DNA of 64,000 nt. Origin: Candidatus Eiseniibacteriota bacterium (lineage in GTDB: Bacteria; Eisenbacteria; RBG-16-71-46). Under the pieces are notes generated by a model. That model saw only the letters and a list, made by a program, of their open reading frames with translations, did no database searches and had not been told where the DNA came from. Numbering within the stretch: position 1 is the first letter of the stretch; every line of letters starts with the position of its first letter. The translations under genes were made by a program, and so were the position numbers. Positions 21,489 through 32,705 of the stretch are shown here, one piece after another. The stretch spans positions 3,968,001 to 4,032,000 of the forward strand of contig OY970342.1 in the NCBI GenBank assembly GCA_963717505.1. Direction: 5' to 3'.

Positions 21489-22401
21489 TTGCTGTCACGG
21501 CTCGTTTACAACCTGGTCACGACCCTGATCGCGGCCCTACCGGCCCGGCTCGGCTATTTCATCGCCGTCGGCGCTGACCGAGCTTGCACATGGCCGCTGC
21601 TTCCCCTCCCGCCGCCACGCCGCGCTGGCGAATCTGGCGAGTGATGCTGCCCGGCGCTCGCGCCGCGAGCGCCTCCGGATCGTCCGCGCGCATGATGCGC
21701 AGCTACAACCGCATGCTGTTCGAGTTCTTCCGCCTGCCCCACCTCGGACGCGCGAGGAGCTGCTGCGATGCGGTCGAGGTCGTCGGGCCGCGAGCACCTC
21801 GAGCAGCGCGGTCGCCCGCGGCCGCGGCGTGATCATCGCCTGCACGCCACATCGGCAACTGGGAGCTGGCGGCGGTGGTGCTCGCGCACTGGGGCTACAC
21901 GCTGCACGCGGTCGCCGGCGTCCAGCTCAGCCGCTGGCTGACCGCCGGCGGTGCGCGAGACCAAGAGCCGAGCTGGCGATCCACACCGTGTCGCCCGAGG
22001 ACGGCTTCCGCAAGCTGCTGCGCGCGCTCGAGCACAACGACCTGGTCGCGCTGATGGTGGACGGCGACCTCTACCAGCCACGGCGCCACCGTCGAGTTCT
22101 TCGGCCGCGAGACGCGCTGGCCCGCCGGGCCCGGCGTGCTCGCGCAGCGCACCGGCGCGCTGGTCATCTGCGGCTACTGCGAGCGCACTCGCGCCCGGGC
22201 GCTTCCGCATCGTCATCGAGCCGGCGCTCGATCCGGCCGCGTTCCCGATCGGCGCCGGCGCTCAACGCCGCGATCGCCGGGACCGCCGAGCGCCACATCC
22301 GCGAGCATCTCGACCAGTGGTGCATCTTCCGGCCGATGTGGGAACCCGCGCCGGAGGCGGAGCGCGCACCGGATCCCGCGGCGCGTCGCGTTCGCGCGTG
22401 A
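21489..22401 (+). CDS. Lysophospholipid/PatA-LpxL-family acyltransferase (frameshifted)
   Basis: GRGVIIACTPH-GNWE, LVALMVDGD, VEFFGRETRWPAGP, DQWCIFRPMW. Confidence 0.8.
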
Positions 22402-23563
22402 GGATCGGGATCGTCTCCCAGTCCTACTACCCCCGCTACGGCGGCGTCACCGAGCACGTCCACCACACCGCCGTCGAGCTGCGCGCGCCGCGGCCACGAC
22501 GTGACGCATCATCACCAGCCGCTTCCGCGCGCGGCGAGCCGAGGCCCGACCGCATCGGGCGTCGAGCGCGTCGGCTACAACGTCCTGATCCCGTTCAACC
22601 GCGCGTTCGTGGACTTCACCGTCGGCTTGCGGCTCAAGCGCGAGCTGCAAGCGCCTGTTCGCGCGCCACGACATTCGACATCGTGCACACGCACTGCCCG
22701 ATCGCGCCGACCCTGCCGATCCTGGCGATCCAGTCGGCGATCGTGCCCGCAGGTCGGCACGTTCCACACCACCGGCGGAGCCGCAGCGTTCTGCAGGACA
22801 CCTTCCAGGACTTCCTGTCCCGCGTCGTCGGGCGGCTCGACGCCCGCATCGCGGTGTCGCACACCGCGCGCCGAGACCGCGGCGCACCTACTACCCCGGC
22901 CACTACGACGTGATCCCGAACGGCGTGGACGTCGAGCGCTTCCACCCGGCCATCGCGCCGTTCGCCGAGTGGCGCGATCCGGACGTCACGTGAACCTGCT
23001 GTTCGTCGGCCGACTCGATCCGCGCAAGGGCCTTCATTACCTGATCGAGGCGATGCCCGAGATGGTCGCGCGCACCAACGGACGCGCGCGGCTGCTGGTG
23101 GTCGGCGACTCCTACCTGCGCGCGCGCTTCGAGGCCTCGGTGCCGTCGGCGGTGCGCGACCACGTTCACTTCCTCGGCCACGTGCCGAGCGCGGACCTGC
23201 CGCGCTGGTACGCGACCGGCGACATGTTCGTCTCGCCGGCCTCGGGCAACGAGAGCTTCGGCATCGTGCTGCTCGAGGCCATGGCGGCCGGACGCGCCGG
23301 TGGTCGCGTCGGACATCCCCGGCTATCGCTCGGTGGTGATCCCCGGACGACAACGGCGTCGCTGTTCCCGCCCGGCGACGTCGCCGGCGCTCGCGCGGGC
23401 GTTGTCGGCTCTGGTCGCAGGACCCCGATCGGCGCGCGTCAGCTCGCCGCCGCGCGGCCGCCAGCGCGCGCTCGAGTTCGCGTGGCCGCGCGTCACCGAT
23501 CGGATCGAAGCGGTCTACCGCGAGGTCCTGAGCCGACGCAGCGCCGTCCACACCGCCGCCTGA
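22398..23563 (+). CDS. GT4 glycosyltransferase, PimA-like (frameshifted)
   Basis: MRIGIVSQSYYPRYGGVTEHV, IPNGVD, LFVGRLDPRKG, GNESFGIVLLEAMAAG, VASDIPGY. Confidence 0.85.
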
Positions 23564-23568
23564 GCGCG

Positions 23569-24828
23569 ATGACGCCACCGTCCGCTCCGCTGCTGCTCGC
23601 AGCGCAACTTCTCCGCGCTGTGGTGGGGCCAGCTCATCTCGATCCTGGGCGAGCGCCTGACCTACCTCGCGCTGGTCGGCCTGCTCGCCCAGCACACCGG
23701 ACAGTTCTCGGAAGCCCGCTCCTCGCTGCTGCTCTCCCTGCTCGCCAACGTCATGCTGGCGCCGGTGCTGCTGTTCTCGCCGTTCACCGGCGCCTGGGTC
23801 GACCGCTGGAACCTGCGGCGCGTGCTCGTGATCTCCGACCTGTCCTGCGCTCGCTGCTGGTGATGCTGATCCCATTGCTCTACGCGGTCACCGCACCACA
23901 CCGGCCCGATGTTCGCGATCGTGTTCCTGATGTTCACCTGCAACGTGTTCTTCCTGCCGGCCAAGAGCGCGATCACGCCCGAGATCGTGCCGCGCGAGCA
24001 GCTGCTGGCCGCCAACGCGCTGCTCTCGGGCGCCGGGATCGTCGCCACCGCGGTCGGCGCGCTGTGCGGCGGCTGGATCGTCGACCACTGGGGCTGGCCG
24101 ACCGCGCTCTACATCAACGGCGTCACCTACCTGGTCTCGGTGGTCGCTCTGGCGATCATCTCCTACCCTCGCGCCGCGTCGGGCACGAGCTGCCGCGCAT
24201 GTCGCTGCGCGGCTACCTCACGGAGGTGACGAGGGCTGGGACATCGTGCGCCGCAATCCCACGGTCGGGCTGGCGCTCACCGCGCTCGCCGCGGTCTGGG
24301 TCGGCGGCGGGTTCCTGCACGTCGCGGGCAACCAGCACATCCAGCGCGCGGCGAGCACGCCGGGCATGGAGCGGGTCGGGGTGCTGATGTGCGTGCTCGG
24401 CCTCGGTGCGGCGCTCGGCACCTGGTGGGTCAACGCGCGCGGGCGCCGGCTGCCGAGCGGGCTGGTGCTCGGCGGTCGGTCTGCTGGTGGTCGGCGCGGC
24501 TCTCGTGGTGTTCGCGGTCTCGACTCGCTTCGCGGTGTTCGCCGGCATCGCGTTCCTGGTCGGCATCGCCGCGGCGCCGTCGTTCGTGCTGTCCGAGACG
24601 CTGCTCCAGGAAGGCACCGAAGCCCGCCAGCGCGGGCGCGTGTTCAGCGCGCGCGACTTCCTGATGCGCCTGGTGTTCCTGGTCGGGGTCACGGTCGCCG
24701 GAGTCGCGTCGCGCAATCTCGGGATCCAGGCTGCGCTGCTGATGTGCGCGGTGACGGTCGGCGGTGTGGGTGCGCTGTCGATCGCGATGGGGCGGCGGGC
24801 CGGCGCCGTTCCCCGCCCCGCTTCCTAG
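23569..24828 (+). CDS. MFS transporter (frameshifted)
   Basis: NFSALWWGQLISILGERL, GAWVDRWNLRRVLVISD, FFLPAKSAITPEIV, LLQEGT..RGRVFS; many TM segments. Confidence 0.85.
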
Positions 24829-27080
24829 ACCGAGACGCCGAGGATCTGCTCGCCGCCCAGCTCCAGGTAGTCGACCGCCGCCGCCCGGCGTCCCTCCTCG
24901 GCGCGGCGCACGATCTCGCCGAAGCGCGGCTCGCCGCGCAGGGAGTCGAGCCACGGATCGCACTTGAGCGGCGTCGGGCAGGTGAATCCCGCCTCGACCA
25001 CCTGCTCGAGCGTGTCGAGGGCGACCGGCAGGTTGCCGGCGCGCGCGAGCGCGCGGGCGGCCATGAAGATCCCTTCCGGGTCGGTGAACGGGTGCGTTCC
25101 GTCGATCAACGGGCGCAGCGCCTCGTAGCAGGCGACCGGGTCGCGCTCGTGCGCGGCGATCAGGGAACGCAACACCACGCGCACCACGAACGGCGCATCG
25201 TCGCTTGATAGCTTTCGGTAGATCTCGAGCGCTTCGTCGGTGCGGCCGAGCATGGGCAGCACGTAGTAGCGGATGAACGGATCCTCGCCGAACTCTTTGG
25301 CCTTCTCCCAGTCGCAGCGCAGCATGTGGGTGTAGAGCACGCTGGTCCGCGCCCCCGGGTCGAGCCGCTTGGCCGCGGCGTCGGCCGCGAGCGAGGCCTC
25401 CATCAGCCCGCAGTAACGGGTCGCGACCACCAGGCCGGAATAGAGATCCGGGTCCGACGGGCGGATCCGGGTCTGCGCCAGGAGCCGGCGGAGGGCGTCC
25501 CGGGACTGGCCGATCTCGACCTGGAAGTGCGTATAGAGGTGGTGGAGGATCGGCAGGTCCGGGCTCAGTTTCAGGGCGCGGTCGAAGCCTTCCCGGGCGC
25601 GCTCGATCAGGCGCGGACCCTCCGCCCCCGCCGAACCGTACTTGGCGATCACCCGGCACGCTCGCGCATGTCGCGCCCAGGCGGGCGCGAAGTTCGGGTC
25701 CTCGGCCAGCGCCGACTCGTAGAGCTGGCGCGCCAGGTCCATCTTGCCGGTGTCCGACATCTCTGCCAGTTGATTCGCGCGGAGATAGAACTCATAGGCG
25801 CGTGCGTTGGCCGGCTGGTCGTGTTGCAAGCGGTGCCGCTCACCGGTCGACAGCGGCACCGAAAGCGAGCCGACGATCGCCTGGGCCAGCTCGTCCTGGA
25901 GCTGGAAGAGATCCTGCATCGCGACCTGCGCGGTCTTGGACCACACGATGGTGCCGGCCGGCACCTCGACCAGTTGCGCGCTGACCCGCACCTGGTCGCC
26001 CGCGCGCAGCAGGGTGCCGAGCAGCACCGCGTCGACCTCGGCCTCGCTCGCCACCTTCTTGAGGTTGACCGCCTCGTCCGTGAAGCGCGCGGCGGCGTGG
26101 CTCGAGCGCACCACCATCGAGCCGAGTCCTGAGAGCGAGGCGGTCACCGCGTCGGGCAGACTGAACGCCAGGAAGTCGACTTCGGCGTCGGGTCGCAGCA
26201 TGCGGAACGGCAGCACGATCACGCGCTTCATCGCGCGCACTTCGTGCTGGGTTTTCGTGACGCCCGAGCCCTGGGTCAGGGCGCCGCGCAGCTCGCGCGC
26301 CATGTCGTCGGCCGAGTCGAAGCGATCTTCGCGGCGCTTGCTCAACGCACGATGCAGCACGCGGTCGACCGCGGTGACCGCCCCACCGCCGGCGAGCGCG
26401 GGCGGACGCTCGTGGAGCACGGCGTGGTAGATCTCGATGGCAGTCTCACCAACAAAAGCCGGGCGTCCGGTCAACATCTCGAACACGAGAGCACCAACCG
26501 CGAACAGGTCGGTGCGCGGATCGGCGGGTTCGCCGCGCCACTGTTCGGGCGCCATGTAGCGCGGTGTGCCCATGACGTAGCCCGGCTGGGTGAGCGTGGC
26601 GTCGCCGGCCGTGGTGGCACCCGGGCGTGCGAGACCGAAGTCCAGGAGCTTGATGCCGTGCGCGGTCAGGAACACGTTCGAGGGCTTCAAGTCGCGGTGG
26701 ACCACGTCGCGCTGATGCAGCGCCTGGAGCGCACCGAGGATCTCGAGCGCCAGCGGTACCGCCTCCTCGAGCGACAGGGGGCCGCGCGCGATGCGGTCGG
26801 TGAGTGGCTCGCCCTGGAGCCGCTCCATGGCCAGGAAGATCTCGTCGCCGTCCTCGCCGATCTCGTAGATCTGGCAGATGTTGGGGTGGCTGACGGCAGC
26901 CGCGGCGCGCGCCTCGCGCCACAGCCGGTTTCGCGCCTCGGCGTCGACCCCCGGGCGCACGGTCTTGATCGCCACCGAGCGGCCGAGTCGCTCGTCCATC
27001 GCTTCGTAGACGACGCCCATCCCGCCCTCGCCGAGCTGTCCGGTGATGCGGAAGCGCCCGATGCTGGTGCGCAAACTCAC
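24825..27080 (-). CDS. Ser/Thr protein kinase with TolB-N-like and TPR domains
   Basis: LGEGGMGVVY, HRDLKPSN, DFGLAR, GTPRYMAPEQ, VIVLPF, AYEFYLRA, DPWLDSLRGEPRF. Start approximate. Confidence 0.9.
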   Translation of the reverse strand: MSLRTSIGRFRITGQLGEGGMGVVYEAMDERLGRSVAIKTVRPGVDAEARNRLWREARAAAAVSHPNICQIYEIGEDGDEIFLAMERLQGEPLTDRIARGPLSLEEAVPLALEILGALQALHQRDVVHRDLKPSNVFLTAHGIKLLDFGLARPGATTAGDATLTQPGYVMGTPRYMAPEQWRGEPADPRTDLFAVGALVFEMLTGRPAFVGETAIEIYHAVLHERPPALAGGGAVTAVDRVLHRALSKRREDRFDSADDMARELRGALTQGSGVTKTQHEVRAMKRVIVLPFRMLRPDAEVDFLAFSLPDAVTASLSGLGSMVVRSSHAAARFTDEAVNLKKVASEAEVDAVLLGTLLRAGDQVRVSAQLVEVPAGTIVWSKTAQVAMQDLFQLQDELAQAIVGSLSVPLSTGERHRLQHDQPANARAYEFYLRANQLAEMSDTGKMDLARQLYESALAEDPNFAPAWARHARACRVIAKYGSAGAEGPRLIERAREGFDRALKLSPDLPILHHLYTHFQVEIGQSRDALRRLLAQTRIRPSDPDLYSGLVVATRYCGLMEASLAADAAAKRLDPGARTSVLYTHMLRCDWEKAKEFGEDPFIRYYVLPMLGRTDEALEIYRKLSSDDAPFVVRVVLRSLIAAHERDPVACYEALRPLIDGTHPFTDPEGIFMAARALARAGNLPVALDTLEQVVEAGFTCPTPLKCDPWLDSLRGEPRFGEIVRRAEEGRRAAAVDYLELGGEQILGVSV

Positions 27081-27108
27081 GCCAGTACGCAATGCCCGCA
27101 GTTCGGAG

Positions 27109-27615
27109 TCACTCGCTGGCCTCCCACGAAGGCAAATCGATGCCGAGTCGGTCGCGCAGCGCCTCGAGGAAGATCGCAGCCGGCGCGCCGGCGCCGGCTC
27201 GGGCGCGGTAGCGATCGAAGGCATTGAGCAAGATCGCACCATGGCGGGCGAACAACGCGCCTTCGGCATCGGCGGCGACCATCGCCTGTGCGCGCTGGTC
27301 ACCGATCTCCTCGATCGCGATGCGCGCCACGACCTCGGCCGAGCGGACGCCGAGGGGGTCGAACCCTTCGGCGGTCGCGCCTGGCGCAACGGCCGGTTCT
27401 GGCTTCGGGTCGGGCGACGAGCGGGCGAGCGCGGGGGGCTGCCGGGTTTCGTTTGGGTCCCGAGAACGCCTGAGATCGTACACGCGCTCGCAGCGCGGAC
27501 AACGGATTCGCGCCCCCGCCGGGCCCATGCGCTCGGCCGGCAGCGCGTAGACCGCGGCGCAGCCGGGACATTGGGTGACGAAGATCGGATCCTGGAGCGT
27601 GAACGGGGATGCCAT
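27109..27615 (-). CDS. MJ0042-type zinc-ribbon domain protein
   Basis: QCPGCAAVY...GARIRCPRC, then a linker and a helical domain. Confidence 0.7.
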   Translation of the reverse strand: MASPFTLQDPIFVTQCPGCAAVYALPAERMGPAGARIRCPRCERVYDLRRSRDPNETRQPPALARSSPDPKPEPAVAPGATAEGFDPLGVRSAEVVARIAIEEIGDQRAQAMVAADAEGALFARHGAILLNAFDRYRARAGAGAPAAIFLEALRDRLGIDLPSWEASE

Positions 27616-27651
27616 CGGCGTGTCGATTCCTTCGGGATCGCGAGCGACGCT

Positions 27652-29779
27652 TCAGCCGGCGAGCGCCAGCTCGAGCGGCTCGCTGTACGACGCGAGCAGA
27701 ACCGCTCTCAGGTTCGCATGATCCGCGGAGCGCAGCAACGGGTCAGACACGACCGTGGAGTGCGCCGCGGCGTGCGCCTGCTCGAGCAGCTCCTGGTCCC
27801 TCGCCAGGTCGGCGAGCCGGAAGCGCGGAATCCCGCTCTGCCTCACCCCCCACAACTCGCCCGGGCCGCGCATCTCGAGGTCGGCTTCGGCGATCTCGAA
27901 GCCGTCCTCGGTGTTGGTCAGCACCTCCAGACGCTGTTGCGCGCGAGCGCCGAGGAACCTGGGCTCGGGATCAGCACGCACACCGAGCGCTCGCTGCCGC
28001 GCCCGACGCGCCCGCGCAGCTGGTGGAGCTGGGTCAGCCCGAATCGGTCCGCGTTCTCGACCACCATGACCGTCGCGTTGGCGACGTCGACGCCGACCTC
28101 GACCACCGTGGTTGCGACCAGGGCGTGGAGCCGCCCCGCCACGAAGCCGTCCATCACCGACTGCTTCTCGGCCGACTTGAGCCGCCCGTGGAGCAGTCCC
28201 AACCGGAACTTGGCGAGCAGCGGATGCTGCGACAAACGCTCGATACTCGGCTTCGGCGGCTTTGTGACCCTTGGTCGCTGCCGGACGCTCGCCCGGCTCC
28301 CCCTCTTCGATTAGAGGCACGACCACGAACGCCTGGCGCCCGGCCGTCGAGTTCCTTCGCCAAGAACTCGACCACCTGCGGGAACTTCTCCTCGCCCGCG
28401 ATCCGGGTGACCAGCCGCCCGCGACCCGCCGGACGCGCGCGCAGGCGGCTGACGTCGAGGTCGCCATAGGTGGCGAGCATCAACGTGCGCGGGATCGGGG
28501 TCGCAGTCAGCACCAGCACGTCCGGCAGCACGCTCTTCTTGGCCAGCACCGCGCGCTGGCGCACGCCGAAGCGATGCTGCTCGTCGACAATCGCCAGCGC
28601 GAGCTCGGGAATGCGCACCGTCTCTTCGAGCAACGCGTGCGTGCCGACCACCAGCATCGGGGTTTCGGCATCGAGCCGGGCCGCGATCGCGCGCCGCGCC
28701 TCGGTGGGTGTGCCGCCGGTCAGCATGGCGACGTCGACTCCGATTGCCGTGCCGAGCTTCGAAAGATTCAGGCCGTGCTGCCGCGCGAGGATCTCGGTCG
28801 GCGCCATGAACGCGACCTGGTGGCCGGCCTCGATCGCGTGCAGTGCGGCGAGGAAGGCGACGATGGTCTTGCCGCTGCCGACGTCCCCGAGCAGCAGCCG
28901 CTGCATCGGCCGCTCGCGGCGCAGATCGGCGACGATCTCAGTGAGTGCGGTGTCCTGGTCGGCAGTCAGCGTGAACGGCAGCGCTGCGCGCGCCCGCGCG
29001 GCGAGATCGCCCGAGGCATCGATCGCCAGGCCGCGCCCCGACTCGTCGAGCACGCGCCGGCGCAAATCGAGCACCGTCTGGAGCAGGAACAGCTCCTCGA
29101 ACGCCAGGTGGCGACGGGCTTCGGCCAGTGCCTGATCGCTTTCGGGAAAGTGGATCGCGGCGAGCGAGTCGGCGAGTGTGGGGAAGTTGTGCGCGGCGCG
29201 CACCGACGGTGGCAGCGGATCGGGCATGGTGTTCGCGAACCGGTCGATTGCCGTGCGCATGAAACGACGCATGCCGCGCGCGGTCAGCCCGCGGGTCAGG
29301 CCGTGCACCGGCACCAGGCGCCCCGCGTGGATCAACTGCGCGACCTCGTCCTCGACCACCTCGAACATCGGATTCGGCATGCGCCGGTCGAACGGGTCCA
29401 GCTCGCCGCTCAGCACGACCTGGGTGCCCGGCTTGAGCAGGCGCGAGAGGAACGGTTGGCCGAAGAAGTGACAGCCGAACGTGCCGGTGCCGTCGGTGAC
29501 CGAGATCGAGAAATCGGTGCGCCCGCCGCGCGTGCGGTGCGCGGCCGCGTGTATGACCGTGCCGACCACCGTGACCAGCCCGCCGGGCTTCAGGTCGGCG
29601 ACCTTCACGAAGCGGCGCGCGTCGAGGTAGGTGCGTGGGTAGTGTCGCAGCAGCTCGGCCACCGTACCGATGCCCAGCCGCTCGAAGGCCAGGGCGCGCT
29701 GGGGACCGACGCCCGGCAGGTACTGGATCCGGGTGTCGGCGGCGGGCGAGCGCGTCGGGGTCGCGTGGTCGACGGTCAT
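27652..29779 (-). CDS. recG: ATP-dependent DNA helicase RecG (frameshifted near the C-terminus)
   Basis: [77 protein letters not shown]. Confidence 0.95.
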
Positions 29780-29959
29780 GGGCGCCCGCAAGGCTACACA
29801 TCGGCACGGGCGGCTGCACCCCGGGACCCTTTCTGGCCCCTTGGTACGTGAAACTACGGAGTCCCCGGTCACGGTCTTGTGGTATTCCGCGGTCATCTCG
29901 GGGAGTAAGATATTGCCCGTCGCACGTTCATACCCTATGGCTCACGACGGAGGTGTTCA

Positions 29960-31228
29960 ATGAACGGTCGCCTCGCGGTATTTGCCGTGGTGTTCACGCT
30001 CGCACTCCCGCCGGGACGCGCAGCATCAGAGGGCTACTGGTCGATCATCAACTCTGGCCCCGACCCCGGAAGTCTTTACGACCACTCTGCCATCTACGAC
30101 GCCCCGCGCGATCGGATGATGGTGTTTTCTCCGGGCGGAACATCGGTCCTGCCGATGAACTCTTACAGCTGGTCACCCCTCACGACGGCCGGACCCACGT
30201 TCCTCGTGCAGGGGGCGCACACCGCGATCTATGACCCCGTGCGCGACCGCGTGATTCTGTTCGGCGGCGGCACCAATGAGCTGGGGTCGCTCTCCCTTTC
30301 GGGAACGCCCACCTGGTCGCTCCTGGTCGCCTCTGGAACCCCGCCCGCGCCACGCGGCAACCACACGGCAATCTACGATCCCGTCGGTGACCGGATGATC
30401 GTGTTTGGCGGATCGGGTGCGGCGACATTCAATGACACCTGGGAGTTGGCTCTCTCGGGACCGACGCCGGTGTGGACGTTGTTGAGCCCTGCCGGCACGC
30501 CGCCATCACCGCGTTCCAATCACGCGGCGATCTACGACCCGGTGCGGCAGCGGATGATCGTCTTTGGCCCTGTCAACGCGGAAGTCTGGGCATTGAGCCT
30601 CGAGCCCGGAGGCTCACCGCAATGGACGGCACTCGCCCCTTCGGGAACGCCACCCCCATGGTCCTACGAATCGGTGGCGATCTACGAACCCCAGTACGAC
30701 CGCATGCTGGTTCACGGTGGAGGCCCTCTCTACCAGACCAATCAGTTGACGGAGCTCTCACTCACCGGCTCGCCCTCCTGGTCAATGGTCACACCCGACG
30801 CCGGCTACGGACGCGGCTACCACGCCGGCATCTATGACCCGATTCGCCATCGCCTGGTCATCCAGGGTGGCTACTATCAGGGAGGCGTCACCACGTTCAT
30901 CTGGCAACCATCGACCTGGGCGGTCACGTGGCCGGCGCCGGCCGCCGTCGAAAACGCTCCTTCATCGGTCGGCTTCCGCATTGCGGTCGTACCCAATCCC
31001 GCTGTGCGGCGTTTCTCCGTCGACTTCGTGCTACCGAGCCCTGGCCGCGCGGTGGTCGAACTGCTCGATCCCATGGGTCGCAGGCTCGAGGTTCGCGACC
31101 TCGCGACGGCCGCGGCCGGCAGGCACTCGGTGCCACTGGAAGGCAGGGGCCTCGAGCCCGGGGTCTACTGGGTGCGCGTGACGCAGGCAGGGCTCAGCTC
31201 AGCATCGCGAGTCGCCTTGATCGAGTAG
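29960..31228 (+). CDS. Secreted kelch-repeat beta-propeller with a FlgD/T9SS-like C-terminal domain
   Basis: Signal peptide; repeated 'H(S/T)AIYDP.RDRM..FGG'; tail 'VVPNP..ELLDPMGRR..PGVYWVRV'. Confidence 0.8.
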   Translation: MNGRLAVFAVVFTLALPPGRAASEGYWSIINSGPDPGSLYDHSAIYDAPRDRMMVFSPGGTSVLPMNSYSWSPLTTAGPTFLVQGAHTAIYDPVRDRVILFGGGTNELGSLSLSGTPTWSLLVASGTPPAPRGNHTAIYDPVGDRMIVFGGSGAATFNDTWELALSGPTPVWTLLSPAGTPPSPRSNHAAIYDPVRQRMIVFGPVNAEVWALSLEPGGSPQWTALAPSGTPPPWSYESVAIYEPQYDRMLVHGGGPLYQTNQLTELSLTGSPSWSMVTPDAGYGRGYHAGIYDPIRHRLVIQGGYYQGGVTTFIWQPSTWAVTWPAPAAVENAPSSVGFRIAVVPNPAVRRFSVDFVLPSPGRAVVELLDPMGRRLEVRDLATAAAGRHSVPLEGRGLEPGVYWVRVTQAGLSSASRVALIE

Positions 31229-31385
31229 CGTTCCTCTTCACGACTGATGACACGGCGGCTCGCGAATTACGCGGGCTGCCGCTCCGTTGCGTTCGAGCCC
31301 CGGGGCTGGTAGTTTCTTCGGCCATTCTCCGGCGGCCCTACGCTGCCGGGCGTGGCCGCCGAAGTGTTCTCAGGAGGTTGTTCTC

Positions 31386-31616
31386 GTGGCTCAACGCTGT
31401 CATGTCTGCGGTCGGGGCAAGATGTTCGGGAACAATGTGAGCCACGCTCACAACGTGACCAAGCGCGTCTTCAACCCGAACCTGCAGCGCGTCCGCGCCC
31501 TGATCAAGGGCACGGTCAAGACCATCGACGTCTGCACCCGCTGTCTGCGCAGCGGCAAGGTGGAGAAGGCCGCGCGCGGCCGCGGTCGTCCGCCCAAGGC
31601 TACGGTTCCGGCGTAG
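31386..31616 (+). CDS. rpmB: 50S ribosomal protein L28 (zinc-binding form)
   Basis: [34 protein letters not shown]...[10 protein letters not shown]; RBS AGGAGG. Confidence 0.95.
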   Translation: MAQRCHVCGRGKMFGNNVSHAHNVTKRVFNPNLQRVRALIKGTVKTIDVCTRCLRSGKVEKAARGRGRPPKATVPA

Positions 31617-31721
31617 GAGTCGGCGGCCCGACGTCGACCCGGGCACCCAAGACGGCCAGGCAACCTGAGAGCTCGGCGCCGGCGATGTGCAAAGGTTGGA
31701 CGGGATTCCCGGGGCGTCGCC

Positions 31722-32441
31722 TTACTTTCCCCAGGGGAACAGGTAGGTCGCGAACAACCGAAAGTCCATGGTGCGCGTCGCATTCGAAGGCACCGTGAGC
31801 GGGGCGCCGTTGAAGACGACCGTCCCGCCCTCGTTGATGTCGATCAGGCCGATGGCCGCCCGCCCGTCGAACATCAGGCGCTGCGCCGCGCCCACGGGGA
31901 AGCCGATCCCGGCGCCGAGATCCAGGCTCAGATCGTAGGGGCTGAACACGTCGTTGAAATCCACGGTTTCGTTCTCGGTGCCCTGAACCAGCTTGGCCTC
32001 CATCTGCGTGGCTATGCTGAATCCCAGACCTCCGAGCAGGTAGGCGCGCGATTCCGTCTCCGCCAGGTCGAATCGAAACAGAACCGGAATGTCGATGTAG
32101 TCGAGGTCGAACGTGACCCCGTCCATCGTCGACCAGTAGGCATTTCGCTCGGTGGCCTTGGCGCCCTTCGACAGGAACGTGGGCTCGACCCGGATCCCCA
32201 TCTTTTCGTTGAGCGCGAAGTCCACCACGGCGCCAGCCGCGAACGCGGAGCGCATGTCCAGGCCTTCGGCGCCTTCGATGCTCAGGTTGGCGAGATTCCA
32301 ACCGGCGAGGACTCCGATGTGCCGCTCGGCGAGAGCCGGCGTCGCCGCGAGCGAAAGCGCGAGTAAGCCGGCAATCGACGGGACGAGCGAGCCGGCGAGC
32401 AACAAGACGAGCTTTCTCACGGAAACACGCAGGAACTTCAT
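31722..32441 (-). CDS. Outer-membrane beta-barrel (PorT-like porin family) protein
   Basis: Signal peptide; 'GVLAGWNLANL', 'EPTFLSKG', 'LDYIDIPVLF'; terminal aromatic strand. Confidence 0.75.
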   Translation of the reverse strand: MKFLRVSVRKLVLLLAGSLVPSIAGLLALSLAATPALAERHIGVLAGWNLANLSIEGAEGLDMRSAFAAGAVVDFALNEKMGIRVEPTFLSKGAKATERNAYWSTMDGVTFDLDYIDIPVLFRFDLAETESRAYLLGGLGFSIATQMEAKLVQGTENETVDFNDVFSPYDLSLDLGAGIGFPVGAAQRLMFDGRAAIGLIDINEGGTVVFNGAPLTVPSNATRTMDFRLFATYLFPWGK

Positions 32442-32630
32442 GCCGACCCCCTCGTTTCGCGTTCTGGGCGTCGAGTCATCGTGGCTCGGGCCCGGGCGCG
32501 AACCCTATCGGGGCCGGCTGAGTGGTTGCAAGCGCAGCCGACGCCGTTTCACGACTTGAAGGACCCCCTGAAAGCTTTGCCCAAAGAGGACACTTTTCGG
32601 TGTAGTCCGCAGCGATAGTTGTGGACTTTG

Positions 32631-32643
32631 CCCCCCCCCCCCC
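32631..32643 (+). repeat. Poly-C13 tract upstream of the tailspike-like gene
   Basis: TTG-C13-TGGG-TATCGT, about 60 nt before ATG 32706. Confidence 0.7.
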
Positions 32644-32705
32644 TGGGTATCGTTCTCATGCACACGGCCGCACAAATTTCCCGACCTAATCCCAGGAGGT
32701 GGGAA

